This document shows, piece by piece, positions 1 through 13,034 of a stretch of 64,000 bases of DNA. A program made the translations under genes and the position numbers. Source of the DNA: Octopus sinensis (lineage: Eukaryota); contig NC_043004.1 of assembly GCF_006345805.1 (NCBI RefSeq), positions 99,944,001-100,008,000 of the forward strand, given 5' to 3'. The notes under the pieces are model-generated. The model worked only from the letters and a program-made list of their open reading frames with translations, did not search any database and had not been told where the DNA came from. Each line of letters opens with the position of its first letter. Positions within the stretch are counted from its first letter, which is position 1.

Positions 1-524
1 GGCTTTGTAAGTATGGTAATGGTCTTGTTCATGTCTAACAATCGTGGACATGCTTACAAAATCAAAACACAACACAGCATCTATGACATTCGAAAATATT
101 TTTTCAGTCAGGATTGCTCAACCATCGAATAACTTATCTGCATCAGTTATTAGCAGTCGGGAAACTACAACCTTTAAAACTTCCATGCTTCCTGAAATTC
201 GCCAACAGTACACCTGATTTCCCCCTACTCCTATTCTTTCTTCCTTTTTTTTTCAGATCTTTTCTGTTTACTGATGAGTCCACTTCCCTAAAATATTCGA
301 CGATTATAAGCCCACCTTCGCAAAATCATGGTACATGCATATTACTGGGGATCTCGTTGATGTTATTGTCGTATTTATTACTGTTGCTGTGGTTGCTTAA
401 TACCACTAGGTCAGTCCTGACCTACAATTCTATTGATGAGCGATCCTCCGACCATGACCGTCCCGAAACTTTTCCAGGTGTACTATATCCGCAAACATTA
501 TCTGTTTGCCATTTAAGGTGATAG

Positions 525-900
525 TAGGCGTAGGAGTGGCTGTGTGGTAAGTAGCTTCCTTACGAACCACAGGGTTCCGGGTTCAGTTCCACTGCGTGGA
601 CCTAGGGCAAGTGTCTTCTACTATAGCCTTGGGCTGACCAAAGCCTTGTGAGTGGATTTGGTAGATGGAAACTGAAAGAAGCCCATCGTATATAAGTATA
701 TATATGTGTATGTGTTTGTATATGTTTGTGCGTCTGGGTTTGTCGCCCATCATCACTTGACAACCGATGCTGGCGTGTTTACGTCCGCGTAACTTAGTGG
801 TTCGGGGTTCGGCAAAAGAGACCGATAGAATAAGTACTAAAGGCGGTGCTCCAGCATGGCCACAGTCACATGCCTGAAACAAGTAAAAGAGTAAAGAGTA
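525..900 (+). mobile_element. SINE family A (tRNA-derived, internal (TA)n(TG)n microsatellite)
   Basis: Head GGCGTAGGAGTGGCTGTGTGGTAAG with B-box-like GGTTCAGTTCC, internal microsatellite and tail GAAACAAGTAAAAGAG. Near-identical copies at 4927, 13295, 26074, 34456, 41504 and 61299. Probably one of the described octopus tRNA-SINEs (OK/OR1/OR2); I cannot assign which. Confidence 0.9.
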
Positions 901-1039
901 TCGCAATTGATTTGAGTTTCGAAGGAGATTTGGTTTCTATTTCTAGCACGTTCAAACATCACAAATTGCCTCTATCATTAGCTCGTTGCTTATGACGTAG
1001 ATTATATGGGAATGCGGTAACAAAGGCAGTGCTGAAGGG

Positions 1040-1270
1040 TCATGAAGGCGATGATGATGGTGCAAATAGTGATGATAATGACAGTGGTGGTGGTGGTGGG
1101 GGTGAGGGTGATGCTGATGTTGGGGGTATTGGTATTGATACTGCTGGTTTTGGTGTCAGTGTTGGTGTTTGAGTCGATGGTGATTTTGGTCGTCGTGATG
1201 GTGGAGTTAGTAGTGGTGGAATCGGCAGCGGCTCGGATTATGATTACAACAACGATAAAACAACAATGAT
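1040..1270. repeat. cryptic trinucleotide simple sequence (GTG/ATG/GTA-rich)
   Basis: Degenerate trinucleotide runs; the ORF is low-complexity V/M/L. Confidence 0.8.
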
Positions 1271-1276
1271 GACCAC

Positions 1277-1526
1277 TAGTTAGTTAGTTAGTTAGTTAGT
1301 CAGTTAATTTTTTGGCTCAAAAAGCAAAAAGCAAGGCCAATTAGAGGGACATGGAGTTGTGTACAGGATGGTGTTCAAGTAAAGAGTTCAGGCCACTTGT
1401 GGTCAAGGGACACTTTGAACCGAGCAGCCGTCGGCATCTTCACTATCTCGTCCGGCAGCTTATTCCATGGATCCGCAACCCGGACGGAGAAAGCCCCTCT
1501 CCTTCGATTGAGATGAAATCGTCACC
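1277..1526 (-). mobile_element. CR1-clade LINE 3' end with (TAAC)n tail
   Basis: Minus strand reads RFHLNRRRGAFSVRVADPWNKLPDEIVKMPTAARFKVSLDHKWPELFT*, matching the CR1 ORF2 C-terminal FFSxRVVxxWNxLP motif, then a 3'UTR and (TAAC)n. Second copy at 63298-63446. Confidence 0.8.
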
Positions 1527-1770
1527 GCCACCACCACCATTATGCGACGATGACGACAACGATGATGATGATACCGACAAGGACGATGATGACGATGATG
1601 ATGATGACTACGACGAGGGAGAGGACGACGACGATGATGATGATGATGATGATGATGATGACGTCGATGAATTTGACGACAGCGACGGCGATGACGAAAA
1701 CGATGACGATGATGACAGCGATAAGAGAGGCGGAAAGGAAGAGGTGGATAACAAGATGGTGATGTGGTGA
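1527..1770. repeat. (GAT/GAC)n trinucleotide array
   Basis: Poly-D, poly-H and poly-I frames from an imperfect trinucleotide repeat. Confidence 0.85.
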
Positions 1771-2074
1771 ATTCAACATAATATAATGTCAAACTTTTCC
1801 TTTCTACATTTTATAGTTACTTAGCATTTCACCATCAAGACCATTACGCATTATATATTGCCTTAGAGCATCGCAATTTCTACACACACGTCTATAAAGT
1901 TGGCAAAAAACAAAAATCAAGGAGTGAAAAAAAATAAAACGAGAATGTCAATTCCTATGAAGCACATATTAAATTAGCCAATTGCCGACTATCTTTCACT
2001 AACGAGATCCAGTGAAGAAACCAGAAAATTCTGTGAAGTGTAATGTAATTATAAATTAAAAGAAAACAATGAAA

Positions 2075-2106
2075 GTGTGTGAGAGTGTTTGTGTGTGCGC
2101 GAGCGC

Positions 2107-2161
<55 letters not shown>

Positions 2162-2180
2162 GTGTGTGTGTGTGTGTGTG

Positions 2181-2222
<42 letters not shown>

Positions 2223-2259
2223 ATATATTATATATATATATATTTATATATGTATATAT

Positions 2260-2291
<32 letters not shown>

Positions 2292-2336
2292 ATATATTTA
2301 CATATGTATATATATATATATGTGTGTGTATGTATG

Positions 2337-2371
<35 letters not shown>

Positions 2372-2450
2372 ATGCATGTATGAGCATGTATATGCATGTG
2401 TGTGTAGCATATATACATGTACATATACATACTCGTAGACATATACACAT
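2075..2450. repeat. compound (TA)n/(TG)n microsatellite
   Basis: Direct inspection. Confidence 0.9.
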
Positions 2451-2961
2451 ATCCGTATACAGTGAGAAAGAAAGAGAGAGTGAGAGAGAGAGAAAATGAT
2501 AGGGAGTTAGATATAAAGTTAAAAAGTTATAAGGAACAGTTTTTTTCTTTTAATCGTGTTATATTCAATATGTGTAGTTCTACATTTTTGCATAAACTTC
2601 TCTTTTATCATAGCTTACAGCGAATACAAGACTTATGTTTTAGTTCAGAATTATACTGTATGTTATGAGTAGTCCTCATTTTATTTCAACATCTTCTTGT
2701 CATAAAAGTATGGGCAAGCATCGAGAAAATATCCGTTTTATATTTTGTTTACATTCTTCTGAAATTTGTACAATACATTAGTTGACTGAAATTGCTTATG
2801 TTCACGAAACATAGTTGGCTTGAATGATTATGTTTTATGCTTTTATATATTATTCCTAAAAAAAAAAAACAGCCAAAAGAATAACTAAAATAATGCTTTA
2901 AAAAACAAAAAAAGAAATTACTAACCCAGCATCAATTCGCAGAAATATTCATTTCTACTCT

Positions 2962-3164
2962 AGACACAAAGCCTGAAATTTTGGGGGAGAGTGCCATTGG
3001 ATTAGATCGATCCCAGTATGCAAATGGTATTTAATTTATAGATCCCGAAATGATGAAAGGCAAAGTCGACCTCGGCGGAATTTGAACTCAGAACGTAACG
3101 GCAGACGAAGCACGGCTACGCATTTCGCCCGGCGTGCTAACGTTTCTGCCAGCTCACCGCCTTT
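2962..3164 (-). mobile_element. SINE family B (tRNA-derived)
   Basis: Reverse complement of GGCGGTGAGCTGGCAGAAACGTTAGCACGCCGGGCGAAATG...GTTCTGAGTTCAAATTCCGCCGAGGTCGAC; many copies in the window. Confidence 0.85.
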
Positions 3165-3194
3165 AATTTGCAGACATATCATAAGATAAAGTAA

Positions 3195-3624
3195 GGATCT
3201 TTTCGGTTTGACCGGCAGTTTTTTCAAGCGGTGTCATATGAAATTGTCACCCATAATTATGACCCTAGTATCGATCTATTATATTTCAATTTGTTTTAGG
3301 GTTAGAGTTAGGGTTAGTGTTAGGGGTGGGGGAAAGGGTATCCTTTTTTTCTTCAGAAATGTAAATAAACCCAATCTGTTTCTTAAACGAGGGACATATT
3401 CATACGGCACAGAATGTTTTCTCCCCAATAGATGTCATTGATTGGTTTAAATTGCAGAAATTGAAGAAAAAAACAACAAATATCTTACAAGCTATAGAAT
3501 TTTCTAAATAAAGCCAAGAGAAAAAGATGTTTTATAAACACATTCTACAAGTATATGAAGTTTAAAAGTGTTTAGTTACTTGGAAATTATTTTTAAAAAA
3601 CTGCCGGTCAAACCGAAAAAATCC
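3195..3624. mobile_element. MITE / non-autonomous DNA transposon with ~30-bp TIRs
   Basis: GGATCTTTTCGGTTTGACCGGCAGTTTTTT at the left end is inverted as AAAAAACTGCCGGTCAAACCGAAAAAATCC at the right (1 mismatch). Non-coding interior with TTAGGG-like units. No clear TSD. Confidence 0.75.
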
Positions 3625-4344
3625 GAAAGTAACATAGAAGCTTGCAGTTACACAACTTTTTACCCAGCCATGAAAATTTATCATTTATTTACAGCAACCA
3701 CCCTCAGTATCCTTCACTTCTTACTCAAAAAATGCAGCAACAACATGTCACAGGTATCATTTTATCCCGAAGATGAGACCGAGTGGTTGGTAGAATCTCA
3801 GTGGTCATAGGAAAGATATGTGAAAATCGTTCATGACAAACGATAAACTCGAAGACAACCACGTCTTTAAATAATGCATGTGCGTGCGTTCGTGTGTGTT
3901 AATGTATGTGTGTTTGTACAAGCAATGCATCTATGCACGTGTGCGTGCGCTTGTGCACTTGGGCACGAATGGGCATGCGCGCATTATCATTCACACGCGC
4001 GTCACACTGTTTGTATGTGTGTGTCTGTGTGTAGGAGTAAAAGAATCATTTGAAAATAAAATATAAATATCAACGCTGCAAAAATAAATTGTTGAAACAT
4101 GCAAGTACAAAATAGCATAACAATAGAATACCTCAAACTTTGAGCAATAAAACTATATGTTGGCCTAGAAAAGATGTTTAGGTTACCTCGTAGGATAAAG
4201 CCTTTCATTATTTTCTTTTCGTGTGTGAAACTTGAATGCAGATAGAATCTATCATTTCCAAATGAAACTTTTATCTTCTCAAAAATCACCTTTGCGTTGA
4301 GAAAAATGTCAATAAAGCACATTATTGTAGGTGTTTGAATAATA

Positions 4345-4410
4345 TCTGTGTATATGTCTATATACATGTGTGTGTGTGTTTATGTATATGTATGTATATG
4401 TATATATATA

Positions 4411-4468
<58 letters not shown>

Positions 4469-4544
4469 TATATATGTATATATATGTATATATATATATG
4501 TATATATATATCTGTATATATGTATATATGTATATATGTATATG

Positions 4545-4600
<56 letters not shown>

Positions 4601-4601
4601 C

Positions 4602-4635
<34 letters not shown>

Positions 4636-4640
4636 TATAT
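4345..4640. repeat. compound (TA)n microsatellite
   Basis: Direct inspection. Confidence 0.9.
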
Positions 4641-4926
4641 TATGCATGTATGATGTTTATACACGGATGTAACCGTAGAAACACGCCGCACAGACATGAC
4701 ACACATATCACATTTAACTCGATGTATTTAAATAAAATTACATTTACTTCTATTTTCTCCATCGTTATATTCTTATTCCTTTTTATTTATTCTTTTTTTT
4801 TTGGCAAACCCATTTGATAAAAATCTGGAAAGTTTTTCTCGTGTAATCGAATCATGGTCTTAGTTTCGATTGTTGGCACAATCGAGGTTCAGTTTCAATT
4901 CCTGGTGTTGATTATTTGTCAACATT

Positions 4927-5099
4927 TAGGCGCAGGAGTGGCTGTGTGGTAAGTAGCTTGCTAACCAACCACATGGTTCCGGGTTCAGTCCCACTGCGTG
5001 GCATCTTGGGCAAGTGTCATCTGCTATAGCCCCGGGCCGACCAATGCCTTGTGAGTGGATTTGGTAGACGGAAACTGAAAGAAGCCTGTCGTATATATG

Positions 5100-5132
<33 letters not shown>

Positions 5133-5345
5133 CTGTCTGTGTGTCTGTGTTTGTCCCCCTAGCATTGCTTGACAACCGATGCTGGTGTGTTTACCTCCCC
5201 GTCACTTAGCGGTTCGGCAAAAGAGACCGATAGAATAAGTACTGGGCTTACAAAGAATAAGTCCAGGGGTCGATTTGCTCGACTAAAGGTGGTGCTCCAG
5301 CATGGCCGCAGTCAAATGACTGAAACAAGTAAAAGAGTAAGAGTA
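4927..5345 (+). mobile_element. SINE family A
   Basis: Full-length copy with the same head, microsatellite and tail as 525-900. Confidence 0.9.
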
Positions 5346-6074
5346 TTTATATCAATGCCAGTTTTTTTCCTTGAGAATGGCACGTGATATTTCCGACACG
5401 TATGTCCCTTAGTCTTTCTTTCAAAATGTTGATCAACTGGCGTTTCTCTTTTTGCGTACAGAGACACATATACCGCTAAGTAATTTTTCTAGCAACCATG
5501 TAAATTCATATTCTGCATGCCCCCGTGGGAAAGTGTTTGTTGGTTTAATCTCGTATCGATTAATGCCTACAATACAAATTCGGTAGACAGAACCCGTACG
5601 GAGACAATCCAGGAATTTCCCCTTTTTAGGATGGTAAATCTTAATAGGTAATTTGTTAAATGTTGTTCTTGGGTGCTTTAGTATGGTCTTGTGTTTTGCA
5701 AAAATTAGATCCAACACTTCTATTCGGGAAAAACTTCCTCACTTCTCCACATGTTTCGCTGAAGGGCTAAAAATGATTAGGAAGGGTCAGACGAAGTCGT
5801 TAATTAAGTTTTCAGCTGAAAACAAGGACAAAATAGCGTAGAAATTCTGGATATGTAAGTCAATGATAAGGTTAATAGTTAAAAAACTCTATCAACCAGT
5901 GGAGATCTTCGAGGATATTATTATTTTATTACCTGTTTCTAACCCTGACGATGATTTTTATGTTTCAGTCAGAGGAGAAAATACATCTGTCAATGACAAT
6001 TTACATAGCTTCTGTTATTGGAGACAGAAAAGTAAGGAAGACCTACCCTGAATTTTTGTAGAAGATAGTACTTT

Positions 6075-6285
6075 ATGTATGTATGTGTGTATGTATGTAT
6101 GTATGTATGTATATATGTATTTCGCCGTCATATTTACATGGAGATCACAGAATATACTCAAATGCACTTCAAGCGTTCTGCATCTCACCGACCTGGGCGG
6201 TCCTGCGGTTAAATGTAGAGCAATGCCTCTAGTTCATACATATATTTGTGTGTGTGCGTGTCTGTTTACCTATCCGTGTATATAC

Positions 6286-6347
<62 letters not shown>

Positions 6348-6377
6348 GAGAAAGAAAGAGACGATAGATAGATAGAT

Positions 6378-6443
<66 letters not shown>

Positions 6444-6460
6444 AGATAGATAGACACACA
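6075..6460. repeat. (ATGT)n, (TA)n and (ATAG)n microsatellites
   Basis: Direct inspection. Confidence 0.85.
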
Positions 6461-7594
6461 GATAGGTTACAAAGTAATTCATTGGCTAGCAAATGTTAAT
6501 TCACCTTATCTGACTGTTTGTTTTGGAGTTTAGAATGGAGTCCTCTGCAAAGAAGAAAATATGACGTAAAGCTATATCAATTCATATAAGCTGAAATCGT
6601 GTACTGACCTAGTATACTCCAGAGAAACATTAATAGTGCTTTTCATTATTTTTTCTCTTGATATATGATTTTTTTATCACTTTCTCGGTATGTAACTGTC
6701 CTTTAGTAAGTCTTCTCTTTCTTTTTACGAGTCTATAATTTTCTTTCTTCTCTAATTTTTTTTTTTTTGTGTGTGTATGTGTGATTTTTCTCTTTCTTCC
6801 ATTCTTTCATTTCGCCTCTTTCAATTTTTTTCCCCTTTATCTCTCACTACTAAAATCCTCTTCCAGAACTCTCCAATAACGAGAGAAAAAAAAAGCAGTG
6901 TTGTCTCTTCTACACAATATTAATCAGTGAATAATTTTGTTTATCTTTCAGCACATATGCTCATATACTTTTGATGTTTGATACTGTAATGCTTTAATAT
7001 ACTTTCACCTATAAAATAATTCAATTATGATAGAGGTGTCATTCAAGAGACCTTATTATTACTCCAGGCCAGCGAGTCTACGATGGATAATACTTCACAA
7101 GCTTCTTGCTAATATATCAGTAAGATACAGAGATAAATCTAGTAAGGTAGGTTCAAAGTCTTGCAACGCATCATGTGTTCTCTGCGGTGTATTTCTGAGA
7201 AAAATACAATTAATGCGTAAAAAATTCCTCTTCCAATACATCAGCGAAAATACATTGAGTATGTAATATTTTAAACAATAAATATGCTTCTCACCACACA
7301 TTTCTTTATTTACTTAACTTTGCATATATCGCAAATTTTTCTGTCTATCAAACAACTGTTATGTTTTTCTGTAACGCGTTTAAGTTTTTTTTATAAACCT
7401 ATCATACTTTTTCACCTTTTTAACTCAAAAGAATATTTATTTTTATTTTAAATATTCAGCTATTCCAATATGTCTTTCTAGAAGATTTCCCCTTTCACAT
7501 TATTCTTTTTATTTAACTTGCTATATTTTCTTGTTTTAATACATACATATATACACACACATATAATACTCACATACACACACACACATACACA

Positions 7595-7626
<32 letters not shown>

Positions 7627-7816
7627 GCATGCACCCATGTATATGCATTCATATATTTATGCGCATTTATATATCCATATATACATTTAAGTGCAGATAT
7701 ATGCATATGGATCTGCACAGATTTCTCAAACACAGTTGGTAATAATATACCAAGTTTTTTAAGTTTATGAATATGTGACAGTCTTATGTGTTTGATGATA
7801 AAAAATCTGTTGTAGC

Positions 7817-7906
7817 AAAATATTATTGATGTATAAGGCCAGAAAAATATCTGTATCTCTCAGAAAATTTGCAAATATATCTTTACGTAAGGATACGCAC
7901 ACATAC

Positions 7907-7958
<52 letters not shown>

Positions 7959-8048
7959 GTATGTGTGTGTATCCTTACGTAAAGATATATTTGCAAATTT
8001 TCTGAGAGATACAGATATTTTTCTGGCCTTATACATCAATAATATTTT
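7817..8048. repeat. 94-bp inverted repeat centred on (TA)n
   Basis: 7817-7910 is the reverse complement of 7955-8048 with one mismatch; the spacer is pure (TA)n. Confidence 0.9.
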
Positions 8049-8056
8049 ATATATAT

Positions 8057-8091
<35 letters not shown>

Positions 8092-8307
8092 ATAAATATA
8101 TATGTATGTATGTATGTATATACATATGCATATATTATACATTATATTACATAATGCATAATATGCCAGGTGTTTTGCATGTATTTCATTGAAATACTCA
8201 CGTACTAGACCTAGATAAATGTTTACAGGTATGCATTTAAATATAATGGGTAGCAATAAATTTTTACTTATGGAAAATGGAGAGAACTCTCTCTCTCTCT
8301 CTCTCAG

Positions 8308-8347
<40 letters not shown>

Positions 8348-8778
8348 CATACATACACATGCAAATACACGTGTGTGTGTGTGTGTGTGCAAGAGAGAGC
8401 TTGTGTAGCAAATAGGAGCGATATAGAGTCTATATTTATGTAATACTTAATATCAATAATAAATATAATAAGATTTAATATGATATCAACTTTTTTCTCG
8501 GATACATTTATTTAGTCTTTGTATTTCGAGGAAAATACTCAATTTCAAAAGTCTTAAGTAAGCAAAAATACACTTCTTAACTTGGGAAGCCAATTCTGCG
8601 TGGTGGGGTCTAAAGAGCTGATGTGATGGGTTTTAAACATTGAGTTGTAACTTTTTGCAATATTCTACGTTGTGTTTGCAATGAATCGTTCAGTATTGCC
8701 ATATATAGTTACTATATTAACCACTGCCCCATCTCATTCTGTTGAAACTTGTGTTGATGTTTGGTTTATATGATTGGT

Positions 8779-8860
8779 TTAAAATGTCTTCTTCAATCCT
8801 CCCACTTCCATTTTAAGATCTATATCATTGAAGGTGACTGCGATATCGTTGTCTGTGTTA
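8779..8860 (-). CDS. candidate terminal coding exon, unknown product
   Basis: Minus strand has branch-like CTAAC then a CAG acceptor; the frame reads NTDNDIAVTFNDIDLKMEVGGLKKTF*. No homology recognised and no linked upstream exon. Confidence 0.22.
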
Positions 8861-9250
8861 CTGCATTAGTTAGTGTATATCTAGAATGAAGATGAACGTA
8901 TATGAATGTGTTCATCTTAATGTGATTGTGATGGTTAATGCCCAATTTTTGCGGCTGTTTCGTCATATTTGGCGTACAGTGTCTGTTATACGAATAAATA
9001 CACAAGCATATATGTACGTTGCATATTGAGCAACATATTTCAGTTGAGATGGTTAATCATAGCGGTTAAAAAAGTACCGCTAAGAATTAAACGATGGAAA
9101 ATCACATTTGAACTTGAAGCTGAGTTGCCCAAATACTTGGCATGAAAATAATTCTTTGGTAATTTCAATAAACACCTTGCGATGCAATCCTCATTAATGT
9201 TCTAACGTATTAAAATAAATGAAAAGTACGTAAATCCTACATAGCTTTGT

Positions 9251-9308
9251 CATTTCTTATACTGGCATAACATATTTGCCATTTCTTATATTGGCATAAC
9301 ATATTTGC
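9251..9308. repeat. 29-bp tandem duplication
   Basis: CATTTCTTATA(C/T)TGGCATAACATATTTGC x2. Confidence 0.85.
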
Positions 9309-9664
9309 CAAGAAGAATCAGCTGCATATCTGGCCCTTCCGTGCAATGACAATCCGGATAGCAGCGTTGTGGTTTCCCTCTTATGTAGTGACTTCGGGAA
9401 ACAGGTGTCGAACCAATGGAAGAATTTGTTTCTTTACCCAGTGTGAGACTCAGTGTGATCAGTAACAAATGACTAACTGCATCTTTAGAAACTGCATGGT
9501 ATATATGACTTGATATTCTGGTTCACTGCATTTGTTAGAAAAGTAGTAACACTATTAATATGATGTCACATCTCTTCACGGCTCTACCGGATGTTGTAGA
9601 TTTTGAGTTGTAACAGCTAATTTATAACGACAGGAGAGCATTAGAAAGCTATTTAATCCATCAT

Positions 9665-9724
9665 TCAGAATGCATCTGCTAGGAAATTGGACCAGCTGTC
9701 CTCTCTGTAATCTTCATTAAAAAA
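9665..9724 (-). CDS. candidate terminal coding exon, unknown product
   Basis: Acceptor ctgttttcag, then FFNEDYREDSWSNFLADAF*. Short, with no recognised homology. Confidence 0.15.
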   Translation of the reverse strand, partial: FFNEDYREDSWSNFLADAF

Positions 9725-10117
9725 CTGAAAACAGTGGTTTTGCACATTCGAAAAGAAACAGACAGAAGTTAATAAATACGTAAAGACATTGAATTCCTTA
9801 TAAACTGTAAGATGATATAGAGGCGGGGAAAGATGCGGATGCATACTAGCGATAATGTTTTATCTTCTTGACTCCGATATTCTATGTCCTATAAGGAAAT
9901 CAGAAAAAAATGCTCCAACTCTTATAACAATATATTACTGCCGTCATGAACCATCAACCTAGCTTTGTATTTGCTCCTACATTTGCCGTATTATTTGTTC
10001 AGCAATGAACGAAAAATTTTCGCTATGCTAAGAAATCGAACCCAGTATCAGCATTTACAATCCTTTCAACAAGGGCACATCGAGAAAGTTAACTTAATAA
10101 AACTATGCTTCATATAT

Positions 10118-10207
<90 letters not shown>

Positions 10208-10224
10208 TATATATAGATATATAG

Positions 10225-10803
10225 ATATCACCTTGACCGACCAGTCCGTCAGGCGTCCATTTGACACCGCTGGTCACAGCACGCTGTCCACTCCTCTCTC
10301 GATCGCGTCTTTCTCATCCACGTGATCCCAATCGTCCTCCTGAAATCGTAACTCCACCGCCGTGGAGGTCTTCCGGGTGGTCTTTTCTGCTCGCGCGGGT
10401 ACAACTCGACAACTGCGTGGGTCCACCGATTATCGGTGAGCCGGGCGACGTGTCCAGCCCTTCTATACTTGCTGCGTGTATATTCTGCGATGACATCTCT
10501 CACGCCGGACTTCTTTCTGATGATCTCGCTACTGATGTGCTCTCTCAATGAGATACCAAACATTGACCTTTACATGGCTCTTTGAGCCATTACCATTCTC
10601 TGCTCTTCTCTCTTTGTGGTAGCCCATGTTTCTCTACCATATAAAATTGCGGGTAGAACTGTACTGTTGATGAGTTTGGCATGGGTGGTCCTGTCCAACC
10701 TTCCCTTGAGCACATCCCTTATGCCATTGAACGCCTTCCATCCGGCCCTTACTCTCCGTGAGATCTCCTTTTCTATATCTCGGCACGTATTCACTTCCTG
10801 TCA
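10225..10803 (-). mobile_element. RTE-clade LINE, 5'-truncated 3' end, inserted in (TA)n
   Basis: Two frameshifted ORFs: EISRRVRAGWKAF...VLPAILYGRETW and AGHVARLTDNRWT...KRPPGRPPRRW, the typical RTE ORF2 C-terminus. (TA)n on both sides. Confidence 0.9.
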
Positions 10804-13034
10804 TATATATATATATATATATATATACGTGGCTGCCCGATTGGAATAGTGGTGCTGGCTTCATAGATGAGGATGTTTACGAGAATGTCTTGCTCCTAAT
10901 ATCGCAGCAATATATCCGTGTTGGTCTGATAACTCTATTTGAAAAAACTGCTTCATCCACTTTCTTTATTTCAAGCCTCTCATTTAATTTTTTTTTCTAA
11001 AGCTTTTAAAAAATAATGTTTTTGAACTTTTTTGCCCAATATATGTTCTATAATTCTGGGGTATAAATTTCAAAAGGGATTTCACAACCGGAAATGAGGT
11101 CTCCTTATTCATGTGTTGTATATAAAAAAAACAAGTCTTTTTATTCTAAATAACTGCAATGACTATTAATCTTGTTCAATTAATTATATTCATGTGCTTA
11201 GGACATCGGGAATTAATGACTATCTAGTAAAAGTATCAATTAAAATTTTCTACGAGATTTCACAAAATATACCTGTCATTTTCTGTCACTAAAATTTCCC
11301 ATCTGTTGAATTGAAGGGTTTGTCTTACGTATAGAGTTTTAGGAAACGGTGTTTTGTTTCCGTTTTAGTCTGCGGCTGTTTAAAATTATACACTGATATG
11401 TTAACGATCTCATATATTTAGCCACAAAAATAGGAAAATGAAAACGAAATTACTCTTCTTGACGGATAGAGTTTTCTCTCAAAAGTTGATAACGGGTACT
11501 TACATAACAAAAATAATAACACTGGTGCGACCCTTCTCATATTCTTATATAACTTACTGAGATATCGAATTTACACAAGGATGGAGACTCAAATATGGCA
11601 CTGTGTAATATTTAGGTAGTTTTAATTTTCATTGGAATACATTAATAAAACTAATGACGAACGTATCACTAAAGTCTTTTTAGGGAAAAAAAGGGATAAG
11701 ACAGTTACTTGGGTGTCTCAGTTTCAACTTCGAATGTCATTTGCCCAACACTTAGTGATACTTGGTTGTGATTGTAGATGGGTACTCAAAAATACGCCTT
11801 GCCTTTGTGTGTTTAGATATGATATCTCCCATATTAAGAGACAATCAACGGAATATATTCTTGATCTTCTGTGCTTTAGTTTCATTCCTAGGAAAACTGA
11901 GTTTACGTTTCCAGATGTTAGCATATTTTTGGAGAACAATAATACTATACAAATAAAAACTCCGTACTCCTAAAAACAGTCAAGTAAACCTTGTAAATCG
12001 AAGCGTGTGAGCTACAGTAGCACCTGCTCTTTGCTCAAGAAAGATGCCAGTAAAAGGATGGAGCAAACTTGCTATGCAAGAAGGACTTTCTCCATACCCT
12101 TAGGCTCCTCTTTTTATCTACAAACAACACGAAGGAATATTTTTTAAAAATAATTTTTACTTGGTTAGTTCTTTGAATTTGCAGAAAGTTTTGGCTCCGC
12201 AGTTTAATTCTTCAATTAAATATAAACTAAAATCTAATATATTTAACTGATTAACGGAATCAGGTCTCAACAGATAATTGTGTAAACAGTCTCTTAGCTA
12301 AAGATATGGCCTCTTATAGAAGATCATGATTTTCAGGAAATTGATAAAATTTTGATTCTACCGAAAACTGTTTCCTTAGTGCTTGCTACAATGCTGACGG
12401 GCGAATAATTCGCATGCGCAGTTTGATACTGCCGACGAATGTTCCGCCGATGATTATTGAAGTGACATACTGAGCAGTCGAGCACAATAAACATGCATGT
12501 GTTTGAGCAGTGTAGCGTACGTCTGGCTTTCAAGAGAAATTATGGCTCTATGATTTGAATAGTCCATTGCTCAAAAAGTATCCGTAAAATTCCAGAATGA
12601 CTGAATCATTGAAATAACAACGAAGGCTTTAAAACCAGTATTGTTATTTCTGCTTAAGACTCTTAAGGTCTGACTTTCGGTGAACCCTGAAAAACAGTTA
12701 TTTTGCAATACACGTGAAGGTGATTATATTTGAGCCTCAAATATTGAGTTTATAGTTGCCGACGAATAAGCTATTTGACATTCGACTTTTTGGTTTGTCA
12801 CAAGAGACACAATGTTATACATCTTACAAAAAGTTGTAATTTATTAAATGTGCACGCGTTTGAACTTGGCTGATATGTAATTGTAGCGATCTGGGTGTGA
12901 TTACAGGCAAAATTTACCCCAGCTGAAATCGAACTCGCAACGTAAAAGGCTATGATTTAAGTTATTTAGTAAGACGCAGAATCGATTCTGCACTTCAACG
13001 TCTTCACACTTACATATAGTATTCGTCTCAAATT

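Noticed and set aside
271-305. CTGATGAGTCC, the classic hammerhead start
   Set aside because: No GGAC-GAAA partner (reads CGAC-GATT) and no stem I or III.
114-521. 135-aa ORF with hydrophobic stretches; faint Tc1-like words on the minus strand
   Set aside because: No recognisable domain; hydrophobicity comes from T-rich sequence; the minus-strand motifs are too degraded to call.
1351-1792. Poly-Asp, poly-His and poly-Met ORFs
   Set aside because: CR1 antisense fused to a trinucleotide array. The same applies to the YI/CV/HT/LSIY, poly-V, poly-I and poly-L ORFs throughout the track.
5433-5717. 94-aa minus ORF with a weak resemblance to a GIY-YIG start (SVYRICIVGINRY)
   Set aside because: Key YIG/R/E residues are not recognisable; left unassigned pending an HMM search.
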